DNA from: an uncultured Candidatus Saccharibacteria bacterium
GTDB taxonomy: Bacteria > Patescibacteriota > Minisyncoccia > Phycocordibacterales > UBA12088
Reading direction: 5' to 3'
DNA: 48,397 nucleotides
Assembly (NCBI GenBank): GCA_964531785.1
Contig: CAZHFF010000005.1
Coordinates: 1-48,397 of the forward strand
The position numbers and the translations under genes were made by a program. The notes under the pieces were generated by a model. It saw nothing but the letters and a program-made list of their open reading frames with translations, did not search any database and was not told the origin of the DNA. Of this stretch, positions 9,462 through 19,872 are shown piece after piece (position 1 is the stretch's first letter; each line of letters starts with the position of its first letter).

Positions 9462-10196
9462 TCAACCGTAGTGCGGAACGCCGAGTGCGTCCTGTTCCAT
9501 GGTAATGTCCTCGAAATGCGCCCGTTGCTCGACGCGTATGATGCCTTGCTTCACGAGCTCGAGCATGGCCAGGAACGAAACGACGATGTTCACCTTCCCT
9601 TCTCCCTGCATGCTCGCGAAATCGCGGAAGCTGCTGCGGAGGGCGGAGTTCATGCGTTCAGTAAGGCGCGTTACCATCTCTTCAAGCGAGATCACACGGT
9701 CGACCGTTACCTGAGGTGTGCGCGGTGTCGGGTCCGGAAGATTGTTGAGTACGCGACGTATTGCCTCCTCCAGGTTTTCTTTGGTCATCGAGCCATCCGG
9801 TGAGAACTCGACCGGGCGGCGCTTGTTCGGTCGTCTGCTAAAGAGCGGCTGTTTGTTGAATTGGTCAGCCACTTCGAGCGCGACGCGCTTGAACAGCTCG
9901 AGCTTTTTTAGGCGGAGCTCCAGCTCTTCTATGCTCACGGTCTCCTCGTCGGTGAGAGCCAGGATCGGTAGAAGACTCTTCGATTTGATGAGGAGGAGGG
10001 TCGAACCTATGAGGATGAAGTTCGCGGTCTCGGCTACCGGGTACTCGGGGTGCTGCTCTACGTAGCGTAGGAAATCATCAGTGACCTCGGCAAGAGCGAT
10101 ATCGTTGATGAGGAGCTTGCGCTTTTCGATGAGCGCAAGTAATAGGTCGAGCGGCCCGCTAAAGGCCTCCTGGGTCACGTGGAATTGCGTGCTCAC
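9462..10196 (-). CDS. scpA: segregation and condensation protein A
   Basis: FSGPLDLLLALIEKRKLLINDIALAEVTDDFL, a typical ScpA N-terminus. GTG start. Confidence 0.9.
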   Translation of the reverse strand: MSTQFHVTQEAFSGPLDLLLALIEKRKLLINDIALAEVTDDFLRYVEQHPEYPVAETANFILIGSTLLLIKSKSLLPILALTDEETVSIEELELRLKKLELFKRVALEVADQFNKQPLFSRRPNKRRPVEFSPDGSMTKENLEEAIRRVLNNLPDPTPRTPQVTVDRVISLEEMVTRLTERMNSALRSSFRDFASMQGEGKVNIVVSFLAMLELVKQGIIRVEQRAHFEDITMEQDALGVPHYG

Positions 10197-10329
10197 GCCT
10201 CAAGTGTACCATTCTAGGCGCGGACGAGGTACGGGCACGCCCAACCAGGCCGTGCATAACGACGTTGGGCGCTGACATTGCTGTCGCGCCCGCCTCCCTG
10301 CTTCTTATGTTTTTTGTTTTCTGCCGTGT

Positions 10330-10545
10330 TTACGGCAGGAGATGCGGGCGAAAGTGGAACACCGTCCGCCATGCCATCGCTTTGGCCTTGACCCAGCGCC
10401 AGGTGGCGCGAGCCAACTTCCGAACCTCGGCGCAACGCTCGCAGTGCGCGAGCATCGGCGCATAGACGAAGAGCGTGTCGCGCTCTTCGTTTGTCAGCTC
10501 TTCGAGTTTCCTGACCTTGGTCAGAGCCTCCTTCAAAAGTACCAT
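10330..10545 (-). CDS. small hypothetical protein (71 aa), basic Trp-rich C-terminus
   Basis: The internal ATG at 10545 is preceded by GGAGGTATCA (strong SD at ideal spacing). The longer track ORF (to 10602) lacks an SD. No family recognised. Confidence 0.5.
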   Translation of the reverse strand: MVLLKEALTKVRKLEELTNEERDTLFVYAPMLAHCERCAEVRKLARATWRWVKAKAMAWRTVFHFRPHLLP

Positions 10546-10615
10546 TGATACCTCCGTTTTGTCGCTCTTAGCGACGGTCACTTCAGGTACAAGTATACAC
10601 AAAACACAAGGAATG

Positions 10616-11236
10616 TCAATGATGTGGATAACTCCCCTGCCCCAGGAAGGCTAAGAGCCTTGGCAGATGAGCAAGCGCGTTGCTCCTGTGGCTCACCATG
10701 TTCTTCTCGTCCCTGGTCATTTCTCCGCCCGTCCTTCCGGTTGCGCTATAGCAGAACAGCGGGTCGTATCCAAAGCCGTTCGTGCCGCGTGTTTCGAATA
10801 GGATACGCCCCTCCGCCTCTCCCTCGGCGGTCACCGCGCGCAGGGTCTCTGGGTCAACAAGGGCTATCACGGTGCAAAACCGTGCCGACCGCTCGGACTC
10901 AGGTACTCCGTGTAATGCCTTGAGGAGCGCTCGGTTCCGATCATCATCAGTACCGTCGACCCACCGGGCGGAACGTACCCCGGGCGCGCCTTTGAGTGCG
11001 TCGACCTCGAGGCCGGAGTCCTCGGCAAGGGTCAAGTAACCCGTGCGCACTGCATAGGTGTATGCCTTGATCAAGGCGTTTCCCTCGAGCGTGCTCGCAG
11101 TCTCTTCAACGTCGACCCTTGTCACGTCCGGTACATCGGCGAGGCCGAGCACCCTGATCTCGAGATGTTCACAGAGCTTCCGGAGCTCCGCGAGCTTTCC
11201 GGTGTTCATGGTCGCAATGAGGAGCTCTCTCACCAT
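10616..11236 (-). CDS. rdgB: RdgB/HAM1 non-canonical purine NTP pyrophosphatase
   Basis: LLIATMNTGKLAEL, EDSGLEVDALKGAPGVRSARW, FGYDPLF and SHRSNAL. Confidence 0.92.
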   Translation of the reverse strand: MVRELLIATMNTGKLAELRKLCEHLEIRVLGLADVPDVTRVDVEETASTLEGNALIKAYTYAVRTGYLTLAEDSGLEVDALKGAPGVRSARWVDGTDDDRNRALLKALHGVPESERSARFCTVIALVDPETLRAVTAEGEAEGRILFETRGTNGFGYDPLFCYSATGRTGGEMTRDEKNMVSHRSNALAHLPRLLAFLGQGSYPHH

Positions 11237-11246
11237 ACGTTGGTTC

Positions 11247-11255
11247 TGTTACAAT
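11247..11255 (+). promoter_or_regulatory. extended -10 element TGTTACAAT, 6 nt from the capA-like ATG (leaderless-type arrangement)
   Basis: TGTTACAAT AGCGGT ATG, read directly from the sequence. No SD is possible in the 6-nt gap. Confidence 0.35.
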
Positions 11256-11261
11256 AGCGGT

Positions 11262-12233
11262 ATGCATCGAGGACAGCAAGCACGGTACATACTCATCGTG
11301 ATGATAGCGGTGCCGCTCTATGTGCTCGGCGTGTTCGTTTCGACTGCCGTTGCGCCGACCTTGACCGGCATCAGGTCCGAAGAGCAGGTGCAGACCATCA
11401 CCCTCAGCTTTGTGGGAGATCTGATGTTCGACCGCTACATACGTGAACGTGCGAACATCATGGGCTATGACGCTGTTCTTGCTGAAACGACGGTCCTGTT
11501 CGCTTCGAGCAGTCTCATCATGGGCAACCTTGAAGGTCCGATCACCAGCAACCGGCCTGTTGCGAGCTATCGGGATGCCGGTCCTGAGCATTTTCGCTTT
11601 ACCTTCGCAACGAGCGTCGCGCCGCTCCTCGCGCGGCACAACATAACCCTCGTTTCGCTCGGCAACAACCACGTGCGGAACTTCGGGCAAGACGGCCTTG
11701 TAGAGACCATGGAGCTTCTTTCGGAGGCAGGGGTCGGCTATGTTGGCCAGCCTGGCGATGTCTACCTGCCCTACCGCACGCTCGTTGGAGGTCAGCCGAT
11801 CGTCGTCTACGCGTACGACCCGTGGAACGGTGCGGACCCCGAGGAGCTTCAGGCACGGATAGGCGGTGAGCCAGAGCGCGAGTTCGTCGTCGTGTACGCG
11901 CACTGGGGCGAGGAGTATGGGGCGCGACCCACCCAAGCGCAGCAACAGCTCGCCCGCCGTTTCATCGATGCCGGTGCCGATCTCGTTGTGGGGTCGCACC
12001 CGCACGTGGTACAGCCGAAAGAACTCTACCGCGAGCGCTGGATCTACTACTCTCTGGGCAACTTCGTGTTCGACCAGTACTTCAACGAACGGGTGCGCTG
12101 CGGTGCGGTGCTTTCTCTCACGCGGACGCAAAACGGTGTCGTTACCGTGCGCGAAGATTTCATCGAGCTCGCCCGTGACGGCCGGACGGTCCCGAGCACC
12201 TGCATGAGCGAGGTCCCGTTCCTTGATGACTAG
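11262..12233 (+). CDS. CapA/PGA_cap family metallophosphatase-fold protein
   Basis: LSFVGDLMFDR, GNLEGPIT, SLGNNH, YAHWGEEY, VGSHPHVVQP and SLGNFVFDQ with an N-terminal TM. The track ORF start (11058) overlaps rdgB, so it was rejected. Confidence 0.85.
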   Translation: MHRGQQARYILIVMIAVPLYVLGVFVSTAVAPTLTGIRSEEQVQTITLSFVGDLMFDRYIRERANIMGYDAVLAETTVLFASSSLIMGNLEGPITSNRPVASYRDAGPEHFRFTFATSVAPLLARHNITLVSLGNNHVRNFGQDGLVETMELLSEAGVGYVGQPGDVYLPYRTLVGGQPIVVYAYDPWNGADPEELQARIGGEPEREFVVVYAHWGEEYGARPTQAQQQLARRFIDAGADLVVGSHPHVVQPKELYRERWIYYSLGNFVFDQYFNERVRCGAVLSLTRTQNGVVTVREDFIELARDGRTVPSTCMSEVPFLDD

Positions 12234-12265
12234 GACGCGTACGTTGCACGCCACGCGATACGGCG

Positions 12266-12271
12266 TATACT
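12266..12271 (+). promoter_or_regulatory. -10 hexamer TATACT, 7 nt upstream of the pyk ATG
   Basis: GGCGTATACTCAGGCACATG. No SD fits between the hexamer and the start codon. Confidence 0.3.
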
Positions 12272-12278
12272 CAGGCAC

Positions 12279-13718
12279 ATGCGTTTAACGAACGACAAAG
12301 GGCTGACGGTATCACGGACGAAGGTCGTGGCAACGCTCGGTCCGAACAGCAAGACAGAGGAAACCATCGCGGCAATGCTCCGCTCGGGGCTTTCAGTTGC
12401 GCGGCTCAATATGAGCCATGGCGACCACGCGTCTCATAAGGCGCTCGTCGCGGCAGCACGCCGTGCTGCTAAACGGACGAAGCGGCCTCTGGCGCTCCTT
12501 GTTGACCTGCAGGGTCCGAAGATACGGACCGGCGATCTTGCAACCGAGACGGTGACGTTGGAGTCGGGTAAACGGCTGGTGCTCACGACCGACCGGGTCG
12601 AAGGTACCGCAGAGCGTCTTGGGGTGAGCTACGCAAAGCTGCCGCGCGAGGTCGAGGCGGGAATGACGATCATGCTCGACGACGGCAAACTTGAGCTTAC
12701 GGTGCGGGCGATACAGGGAAACGACATCGATACCGAGGTGGTGATCGGCGGCACGATACGTGCGCGGCGCGGCATCAATGTTCCAGGCGCCGACCTGTCG
12801 ATCCCCACCATCTCAGAGAAGGACAAGAAGGACATCAAATTCGCCGTGGCGCATGGAGCTGATTTCATTACGCTCTCGTTCGTGCGCAGTGCGGCGGATG
12901 TAGCTGCGCTGCGCAAGCTGCTCGGGAGCGCCGGTCGCCACATCAACATCGTCGCAAAGATCGAGACCCAGCAGGCGCTCGATGATGTCGAGGCGATCGT
13001 GCACGCTGCGGATGCGATCATGATCGCGCGCGGCGATCTTGCGATTGAGATACCTCGTGAGGAGGTGCCGATCGCCCAGAAACGCATCATCCAGTTGGCG
13101 AATAAGGCTGGCAAACCGGTCATCACAGCGACCCAGATGCTCGATAGCATGCGCACCAGTACCGTCCCGACGCGCGCTGAAGTGAACGATGTTGCCAATG
13201 CCATCCTCGATGGTACCGACGCGATCATGCTCTCGGACGAGACCGCGATCGGTCTTCATCCGGAGCTCGCGGTGCTCACCATGCGAACGATAGCCCATCG
13301 CATAGAAGCGAGCGACATATTCATCCTGGAGCGTACCAAATGGAACTTTGTGCCGGTTACGAAGGTCGACGCGTTGAGCAAATCGATCGTGAACACAGCG
13401 CGTACCGTTAATGCAAAGGCTATCGTGGCGTTCAGCGAGAGCGGCTATACCGGGCGTATGGTCGCGCGTTACCGGCCCGAGCGCCCGATCGTGGTCATTA
13501 CGCCAAACCCGGCCACGTTCTCACAATCACTGCTCACGTACGGGTGTGAGCCCGAGCTCGTGACACGGGTCAAGCGCTTCCGTGATGCGCTCACCGTTAC
13601 CCGGCGCGTGCTTCTCAAACGCCAGTTGGCCAAAAGAGGCGACCTCGTGGTGATCGGCGCAGGTCTACCGCTCGGAAGTCCCGGTGAAACGAACATGTTG
13701 CTCGTTGAGGAGGTCTAG
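12279..13718 (+). CDS. pyk: pyruvate kinase
   Basis: TKVVATLGP, ARLNMSHG, GPKIRTG, MIARGDLAIEIP and MLDSM motifs, 479 aa. Confidence 0.96.
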   Translation: MRLTNDKGLTVSRTKVVATLGPNSKTEETIAAMLRSGLSVARLNMSHGDHASHKALVAAARRAAKRTKRPLALLVDLQGPKIRTGDLATETVTLESGKRLVLTTDRVEGTAERLGVSYAKLPREVEAGMTIMLDDGKLELTVRAIQGNDIDTEVVIGGTIRARRGINVPGADLSIPTISEKDKKDIKFAVAHGADFITLSFVRSAADVAALRKLLGSAGRHINIVAKIETQQALDDVEAIVHAADAIMIARGDLAIEIPREEVPIAQKRIIQLANKAGKPVITATQMLDSMRTSTVPTRAEVNDVANAILDGTDAIMLSDETAIGLHPELAVLTMRTIAHRIEASDIFILERTKWNFVPVTKVDALSKSIVNTARTVNAKAIVAFSESGYTGRMVARYRPERPIVVITPNPATFSQSLLTYGCEPELVTRVKRFRDALTVTRRVLLKRQLAKRGDLVVIGAGLPLGSPGETNMLLVEEV

Positions 13719-13728
13719 GTGCATGCTC

Positions 13729-14727
13729 TTAGCGGTAGAGCGCGCGTGCGTGCTCCCAGAAACGGGCGTCACCGTTCTGCTTGAGGAAATACCACCACTC
13801 CGCACCCCACAGGTACTGTTTTTGCAGTCTGGTTTCGCGGGCGTATCCGATGATCTCGTCGAACCGGTCGGGGTGCATACGCTCAAGCTGTTCCGCAAGC
13901 GGCGTGTCGACGATCGGTTTATTGAGCCACGGTTCGAGCGAGAGCTCGATCAAGAGGGTCTCTTTCTTGCCGAACAAAAGTCCCATGAGCGATTGCTTTG
14001 CTCGGTAGACGTGGGCCGGCAGGAACGAGCGGAACGGACCAGTTGCTTCGTTCCAGAGGTAGAGGTAGACGCTCGTGCCGAATACATCCCCGCGGCGGTA
14101 TGCTTCTAGCCAGAGGCCAAGGTTGCCGCTGTCGGTCACGAGGACCGGAGTGTTCGGATCGAGCGTCCTCACGAGCTCGATCTCTCGATCAAGGAACCTG
14201 CGGTCGAGCTCACCACACTGCTCTTGTGCGTACACCGTGAGGAACGGCTCGTTCTCTACCTGCCAGAGCTCGAGCGCGGGGCTGTCCTTGTACCGCTCCA
14301 CAATGGCCGTTATGAGCCGCATGATGTGCGCTTGTTGTGCTTCCCAAGACTTGTCCTGTGCCCAGTCCGGTACGTGGCACTCGGGCCACCTGGGAAGCCG
14401 CCGTCCGACGGCCAAGACGACCTTCGCGCCCCGTTCTTCGGCTAGACGCATCTGCGTGTCGAGCTCGTCGAACGTGTACGTCCCCTCTTCCCCTTCGACC
14501 ATGGGCCAGTGGGCAGCGAGCCGCAAGCGCCGTACGTCTAAGTCATCGAGTATCGCCCGGTAGACCTCTTCCCACGCAAGACCCAGCTCGTGCGCATAGA
14601 ATGTATTGAACGATACACCGTACTCGATAGCCGCGGGCTCTTTTGTGTTGATGAGAAAGAGGTAGAAGAGGCCGACAAGTGCCGCTATGAGCGCACCGAG
14701 GATGCTGATTCGGAGCACAAGGTCCAT
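13729..14727 (-). CDS. membrane-anchored TIM-barrel glycoside hydrolase, clan GH-A (GH5/GH42-like)
   Basis: N-terminal TM. WQVENEPF is a candidate acid/base NEP motif and LLIELSLEPW a possible nucleophile strand. The family assignment is tentative. Confidence 0.5.
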   Translation of the reverse strand: MDLVLRISILGALIAALVGLFYLFLINTKEPAAIEYGVSFNTFYAHELGLAWEEVYRAILDDLDVRRLRLAAHWPMVEGEEGTYTFDELDTQMRLAEERGAKVVLAVGRRLPRWPECHVPDWAQDKSWEAQQAHIMRLITAIVERYKDSPALELWQVENEPFLTVYAQEQCGELDRRFLDREIELVRTLDPNTPVLVTDSGNLGLWLEAYRRGDVFGTSVYLYLWNEATGPFRSFLPAHVYRAKQSLMGLLFGKKETLLIELSLEPWLNKPIVDTPLAEQLERMHPDRFDEIIGYARETRLQKQYLWGAEWWYFLKQNGDARFWEHARALYR

Positions 14728-14730
14728 GGT

Positions 14731-15669
14731 CTAAAGGAATAGCAGGAAGAAACCTGCGGCAATGAGCGGTATGCTGATGATCTTGTGGATCTTGTCGCGT
14801 CGGCTCAGATCCTCGCCGAAATCGCGCGACAGGTAGGGACCGAACAGGACGCTGATGACGAGCAGAAAGAGGTACTGTATGCCGCCGAGGGCCTGGACGA
14901 GCGATACGTCGCCGTGCTCGATCGCTTTGAGGAGGATGATGCTCGCGAGCCCGGCCAACAGCTTATTGCCGAGCACGAGCAGACCGTCGCGCGCCCCGGC
15001 CTGTCGTGTACGTGAGGTGACCTTTTCATAGTACTCGGGAATGAGCAGCATCGAAAGCGCAACGGCAGCGATCGCGAGTCGTGAATAGAAGAATGCACTG
15101 TCGAAGTTCGTCTCGTTGAAAAGCGCCTTGATCGCTACGTAGTGGATGCTGTACATGAGGCCGGCATGGATCGTGACAAGGACCGTTTTCCAGGTGAAGC
15201 GGAAGCGCGACACGAGCACGGTTCCTGCAACAAGGAGGGCGAACCCGATGAGCGAGTTCTGGGCGAGCCTGGTCCCGTCGATGAATGCATAGGCTAAAAG
15301 GAGGGTGAAGAGGGCGTTGAGCCCGCCGACGACCGGTATCGCGTCCGATGCGTCCGCTTGCTTCAGTGCGACAAAGAGCGACAGGAGCGCGGTGAAGAAG
15401 CTGTACCCGGCGGTTATGGCAAGCGCCGCAACCAGGAGCGAAGGTCGTTCAAGGTTCGCGAAGGAGGGTATCGCCAGGCCATCGATCGGCACATCGAGCC
15501 AGCTAAAGAAGAAAATGATGACCGAGAACGCAGAGAGCACGCTTACCCAGAAAGCGTACGTGAACGGCCGAAGTACCACCGTCTTTGACGAGATGATGTA
15601 CTTATCGACGAGCGCGACCAGCGCGTTCAAGAACTGCCCGACTATGACGAGGACGATCCAGAGGCTCAT
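14731..15669 (-). CDS. polytopic membrane protein, DMT/EamA-like transporter
   Basis: 312 aa with about 10 predicted hydrophobic helices in two halves. The sequence signature is weak. Confidence 0.5.
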   Translation of the reverse strand: MSLWIVLVIVGQFLNALVALVDKYIISSKTVVLRPFTYAFWVSVLSAFSVIIFFFSWLDVPIDGLAIPSFANLERPSLLVAALAITAGYSFFTALLSLFVALKQADASDAIPVVGGLNALFTLLLAYAFIDGTRLAQNSLIGFALLVAGTVLVSRFRFTWKTVLVTIHAGLMYSIHYVAIKALFNETNFDSAFFYSRLAIAAVALSMLLIPEYYEKVTSRTRQAGARDGLLVLGNKLLAGLASIILLKAIEHGDVSLVQALGGIQYLFLLVISVLFGPYLSRDFGEDLSRRDKIHKIISIPLIAAGFFLLFL

Positions 15670-15750
15670 TGCTCTATAGTATATAGAATAAACGGACCAG
15701 ACCGTACCTGTATATGAACACGCGCACGACCCTTCCCTGTGTTTGCCGCA

Positions 15751-16986
15751 CTATGCGCCCTTCTCGGCTCGGACTCCGTGTTCGATGGTGTCGCGGTACG
15801 CGTATGCGCTCGGGCGCACGGTTCGCGCGAGCGTATCGTAGTCGACCTCGACGAGGCCGAAGCGTTGGCCGAAGCCTGCAGCCCACTCGTAGTTGTCGAG
15901 GAGCGACCAGTAAAAGAACGCGCGGATGTCGATCCCGTCGCGCACGACTTCTTCCACCGCCTGGACGGTGTTTTTGATATAGGCGGCCCGCTTGGTGTCG
16001 TGCTGGTCAGCAAGCCCAGCTTCAGCGACGTAGAGCGGTTTGCCGTAGCGGGCGAGCATACGGAGCCCGGTCGCTATCTCATGTGGAACGATATCCCAGT
16101 GCATATCGGTCTTGTCGTATGTCGCGGTATCGCCGAACTTCTTGTAGAAATAGTAGTTCAGGCCGATGGAGTCGGTCTGTTTTCCTACCCGATCCATGAA
16201 CGAGTACGTCCAGTGGCGGTTCATGAGCCATGCTTTGAGCCGGTTCAGTAGACTGCCATCCGAATCATAGACAATGACGTTCTTCACGATGCTCACGTCG
16301 GCTCGGGGTCGCTCCTTTTTGATCGCAGCGTATGCGCTGTTATGTGCACGAGCGAGCGAACGTCGGACCTTCAGGTACGTATACGGCGTCCACCGTATAC
16401 GCGAGGCGGCTCGCTCGCGCTCGACCGTCGTAACGATGGTAGCAAGATCGACCGGGGCGAACTTCTGAAAGGGGGGCCAGATGCCCCGTATCCAGCCGTT
16501 GCTCGCATAGACGATCGGTTCATTGATCGTTGCGTAGTTGTCCGCAAGGTCCCCGAGCTCACGAACTACGAATGTGCAGTAACGGGCGAAGACATCCGGT
16601 GCGTCGGTGCAGAGCCACCCGCCTCGGTTTGTAAACCAGACCGGCAGGGTGAAATGCCATAAGGTTACATAGGGGACCAGGCCACGTGCTCGAAGCGACC
16701 GAAGTACGTCGCGGTAGTGCTCGATCTCCCGTTCATCGAACTTCCCCTCCTCAGGTTCTATGCGCGCCCACTCTATGGAAAAGCGGTGTGCGTTATGACC
16801 AAGCCCCTTTGCCAGGTCAAAATCTTCCGCGTAGCGGTAGTAGTGGTCGCACGCCCTTCCGCAGACGGGTACCCTTTCCTCCTGTGCCGCCTTTGCCCAG
16901 TCGCAGTTCTCGATACCGCCTTCTACCTGGTAGCTTGCGGTCGCTGCGCCCCAGAGGAACCCTTCAGGAAATGTGTGCGTGCTCAT
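15751..16986 (-). CDS. glycoside hydrolase family 1 (beta-glucosidase-type)
   Basis: FLWGAATASYQVEGG, TINEP (acid/base) and YVAEAGL (nucleophile Glu, in place of the usual ITENG). Confidence 0.9.
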   Translation of the reverse strand: MSTHTFPEGFLWGAATASYQVEGGIENCDWAKAAQEERVPVCGRACDHYYRYAEDFDLAKGLGHNAHRFSIEWARIEPEEGKFDEREIEHYRDVLRSLRARGLVPYVTLWHFTLPVWFTNRGGWLCTDAPDVFARYCTFVVRELGDLADNYATINEPIVYASNGWIRGIWPPFQKFAPVDLATIVTTVERERAASRIRWTPYTYLKVRRSLARAHNSAYAAIKKERPRADVSIVKNVIVYDSDGSLLNRLKAWLMNRHWTYSFMDRVGKQTDSIGLNYYFYKKFGDTATYDKTDMHWDIVPHEIATGLRMLARYGKPLYVAEAGLADQHDTKRAAYIKNTVQAVEEVVRDGIDIRAFFYWSLLDNYEWAAGFGQRFGLVEVDYDTLARTVRPSAYAYRDTIEHGVRAEKGA

Positions 16987-17039
16987 GTCTTAGTTGGTCG
17001 CCGACGGGCGGCTCCGCTCTGACCACGCGGCATAGCTCG

Positions 17040-17312
17040 CTAGAGCAGAATGGTCGCGCTCTGTCCCGTTACCTCAAGTATCCCCTTGGTCACCTCGTGC
17101 GTAAAGAGCTCCGCATGGATATCGTCACGAACCACGAGCCTTCCGGGACGTAGCGTGGTCACGAACGGTACATGACCCCGAAGCACCGTGACCTCGCCCT
17201 CGAGCGCAGGTGCGGTAAGCTCCTTTGCGTCGCCGCTCCAGAGGACCCCGTTCACTTTTGCGATATGTATGAGCACGGTAGGAACGTTAAAAGTTAAAAA
17301 TTTGGAAGGCAC
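17040..17312 (-). CDS. atpC: F1 ATP synthase epsilon subunit, beta-sandwich domain only
   Basis: ELTAPALEGEVTVLRGHVPFVTTLRPGRLVV...GILEVTGQSATIL. Only about 78-90 aa, with no C-terminal helical hairpin. Start uncertain (GTG at 17312 or 17276). Confidence 0.8.
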   Translation of the reverse strand: MPSKFLTFNVPTVLIHIAKVNGVLWSGDAKELTAPALEGEVTVLRGHVPFVTTLRPGRLVVRDDIHAELFTHEVTKGILEVTGQSATILL

Positions 17313-17399
17313 AAGTACAGTGTAGATCGTGCGTGGTATTCACTACTATCTCTAAGTTTCTCCTTGCACCTTTGCCTTTTGAGTTTTGACCTTTTACTT

Positions 17400-18800
<1,401 letters not shown>

Positions 18801-18829
18801 TTAATACTGCAGTTGCTACAAAATTCCAA
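18801..18829 (-). promoter_or_regulatory. candidate internal sigma70-type promoter upstream of atpD (TTGGAA-17 nt-TATTAA)
   Basis: The minus strand reads TTGGAA TTTTGTAGCAACTGCAG TATTAA inside the 175-bp AT-rich gap between atpG and atpD. Confidence 0.35.
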
Positions 18830-18936
18830 TCTTAACTTACAAGCTCCAAATAAACTACAATTCCTTGACAATTGCGATCTATTTGGAACTTGTCATGCTT
18901 GTGCTGAGCTTGGTACGCATGCCCCACCCCTTACAA

Positions 18937-19860
18937 CTATCTCATTGCTTCTATCCCCGTTGTTATCTCGCTGATCTCGGCGGTTATCGAGCTTTGCCGT
19001 TCCTTGTTGTACGCGAGCGTCAGCTCTTTGGTCACATCGCGTGCTCGGTCTGAAGCGCTCTTCATCGCGACCATGCGCGCGCTGTGTTCGGACGCGTTCG
19101 CTTCAAGTACCGCATGGTAGAGCATGCTCGCGATGAGGTAGGGGAAGAGCTCGAACAGCACCTGGTCCGCGTTCGGCTCGAATAGGTACTCGCCGGTCGT
19201 TGACACGAGCGCACCGGCTCGAAGCTCGCTGTACTTTCCGCGTTCGGGCACGATACCTTCTATGACCTCCTCGATCGCCTGGAACGAGAGCGGTAGGACG
19301 CGCCGCACGACCGGCTCCTGCAGAAACGTCGAGTGGAAGTTGCTGTAGACCAGCATGACGCGGTCATAGACCCCATGAGCATAGTCCTTGATGATCGTGC
19401 GGGCGAGCGCCTCGGGGTCGCCCATCGCAACACCCTCGCCCCACCGTTCGAGGTGGTCAACGATCGTGTAGCCGCGCCTCGAGAAGTGCTCGAACCCTTT
19501 TTTGCCGATGGCTAGGATCTTGACCTGGTCCTTTTCAAGCTTGCGCTCCGCTATCGCACGGGTGGCGGCACGCAGGACATAGCTGTTCAATGCACCGGCG
19601 AGTCCGCGATCCGAGGTTATCACGATCATGAGGACCGACGTTTCGTTCGAACGATGCTTCACCAGCGGATGTTCGCTGATCTCGGTTCGCTCCGTTAGCC
19701 GGCGAAGGATGCTCATCGCATGAAGTGCGTACGGCCGTCCCTCGATTGCCGCGTGCTGACTCCGCCGCATTTTGACCGCAGACACGGCCTCCATCGCCTT
19801 AGTGACCTGGGCAATCTTTTTTACGGCGCGTATCTTTGCTTTTACCTCCTTGAGCGACAT
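18937..19860 (-). CDS. atpG: F1 ATP synthase gamma subunit
   Basis: MSLKEVKAKIRAVKKIAQVTKAMEAVSAVKMRR and C-terminal ITAEISEITTG. Confidence 0.95.
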   Translation of the reverse strand: MSLKEVKAKIRAVKKIAQVTKAMEAVSAVKMRRSQHAAIEGRPYALHAMSILRRLTERTEISEHPLVKHRSNETSVLMIVITSDRGLAGALNSYVLRAATRAIAERKLEKDQVKILAIGKKGFEHFSRRGYTIVDHLERWGEGVAMGDPEALARTIIKDYAHGVYDRVMLVYSNFHSTFLQEPVVRRVLPLSFQAIEEVIEGIVPERGKYSELRAGALVSTTGEYLFEPNADQVLFELFPYLIASMLYHAVLEANASEHSARMVAMKSASDRARDVTKELTLAYNKERQSSITAEISEITTGIEAMR

Positions 19861-19872
19861 GATCGTTACTGT

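Noticed and set aside
10197-10329. Terminator at the hairpin CTGCCGT-GTTT-ACGGCAG
   Set aside because: On the strand of the upstream gene the hairpin is followed by an A-run, not a T-run, and it overlaps the stop codon. It is therefore not a canonical intrinsic terminator.
11058-11261. N-terminal extension of the capA-like ORF
   Set aside because: It overlaps the rdgB coding region on the opposite strand and has Ser/Thr-rich low-complexity translation. The family-typical TM start is at 11262.
11169-12278. 369-aa antisense ORF opposite capA, and similar long shadow ORFs (2260-3069, 12629-13228, 20798-21454, 22624-23115, 41815-42540, 43555-44364, 46292-47005)
   Set aside because: These are typical GC-rich antisense shadows. 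They are Arg/His/Pro-rich, carry no motifs, and each is fully contained in a gene with strong family signatures on the other strand.
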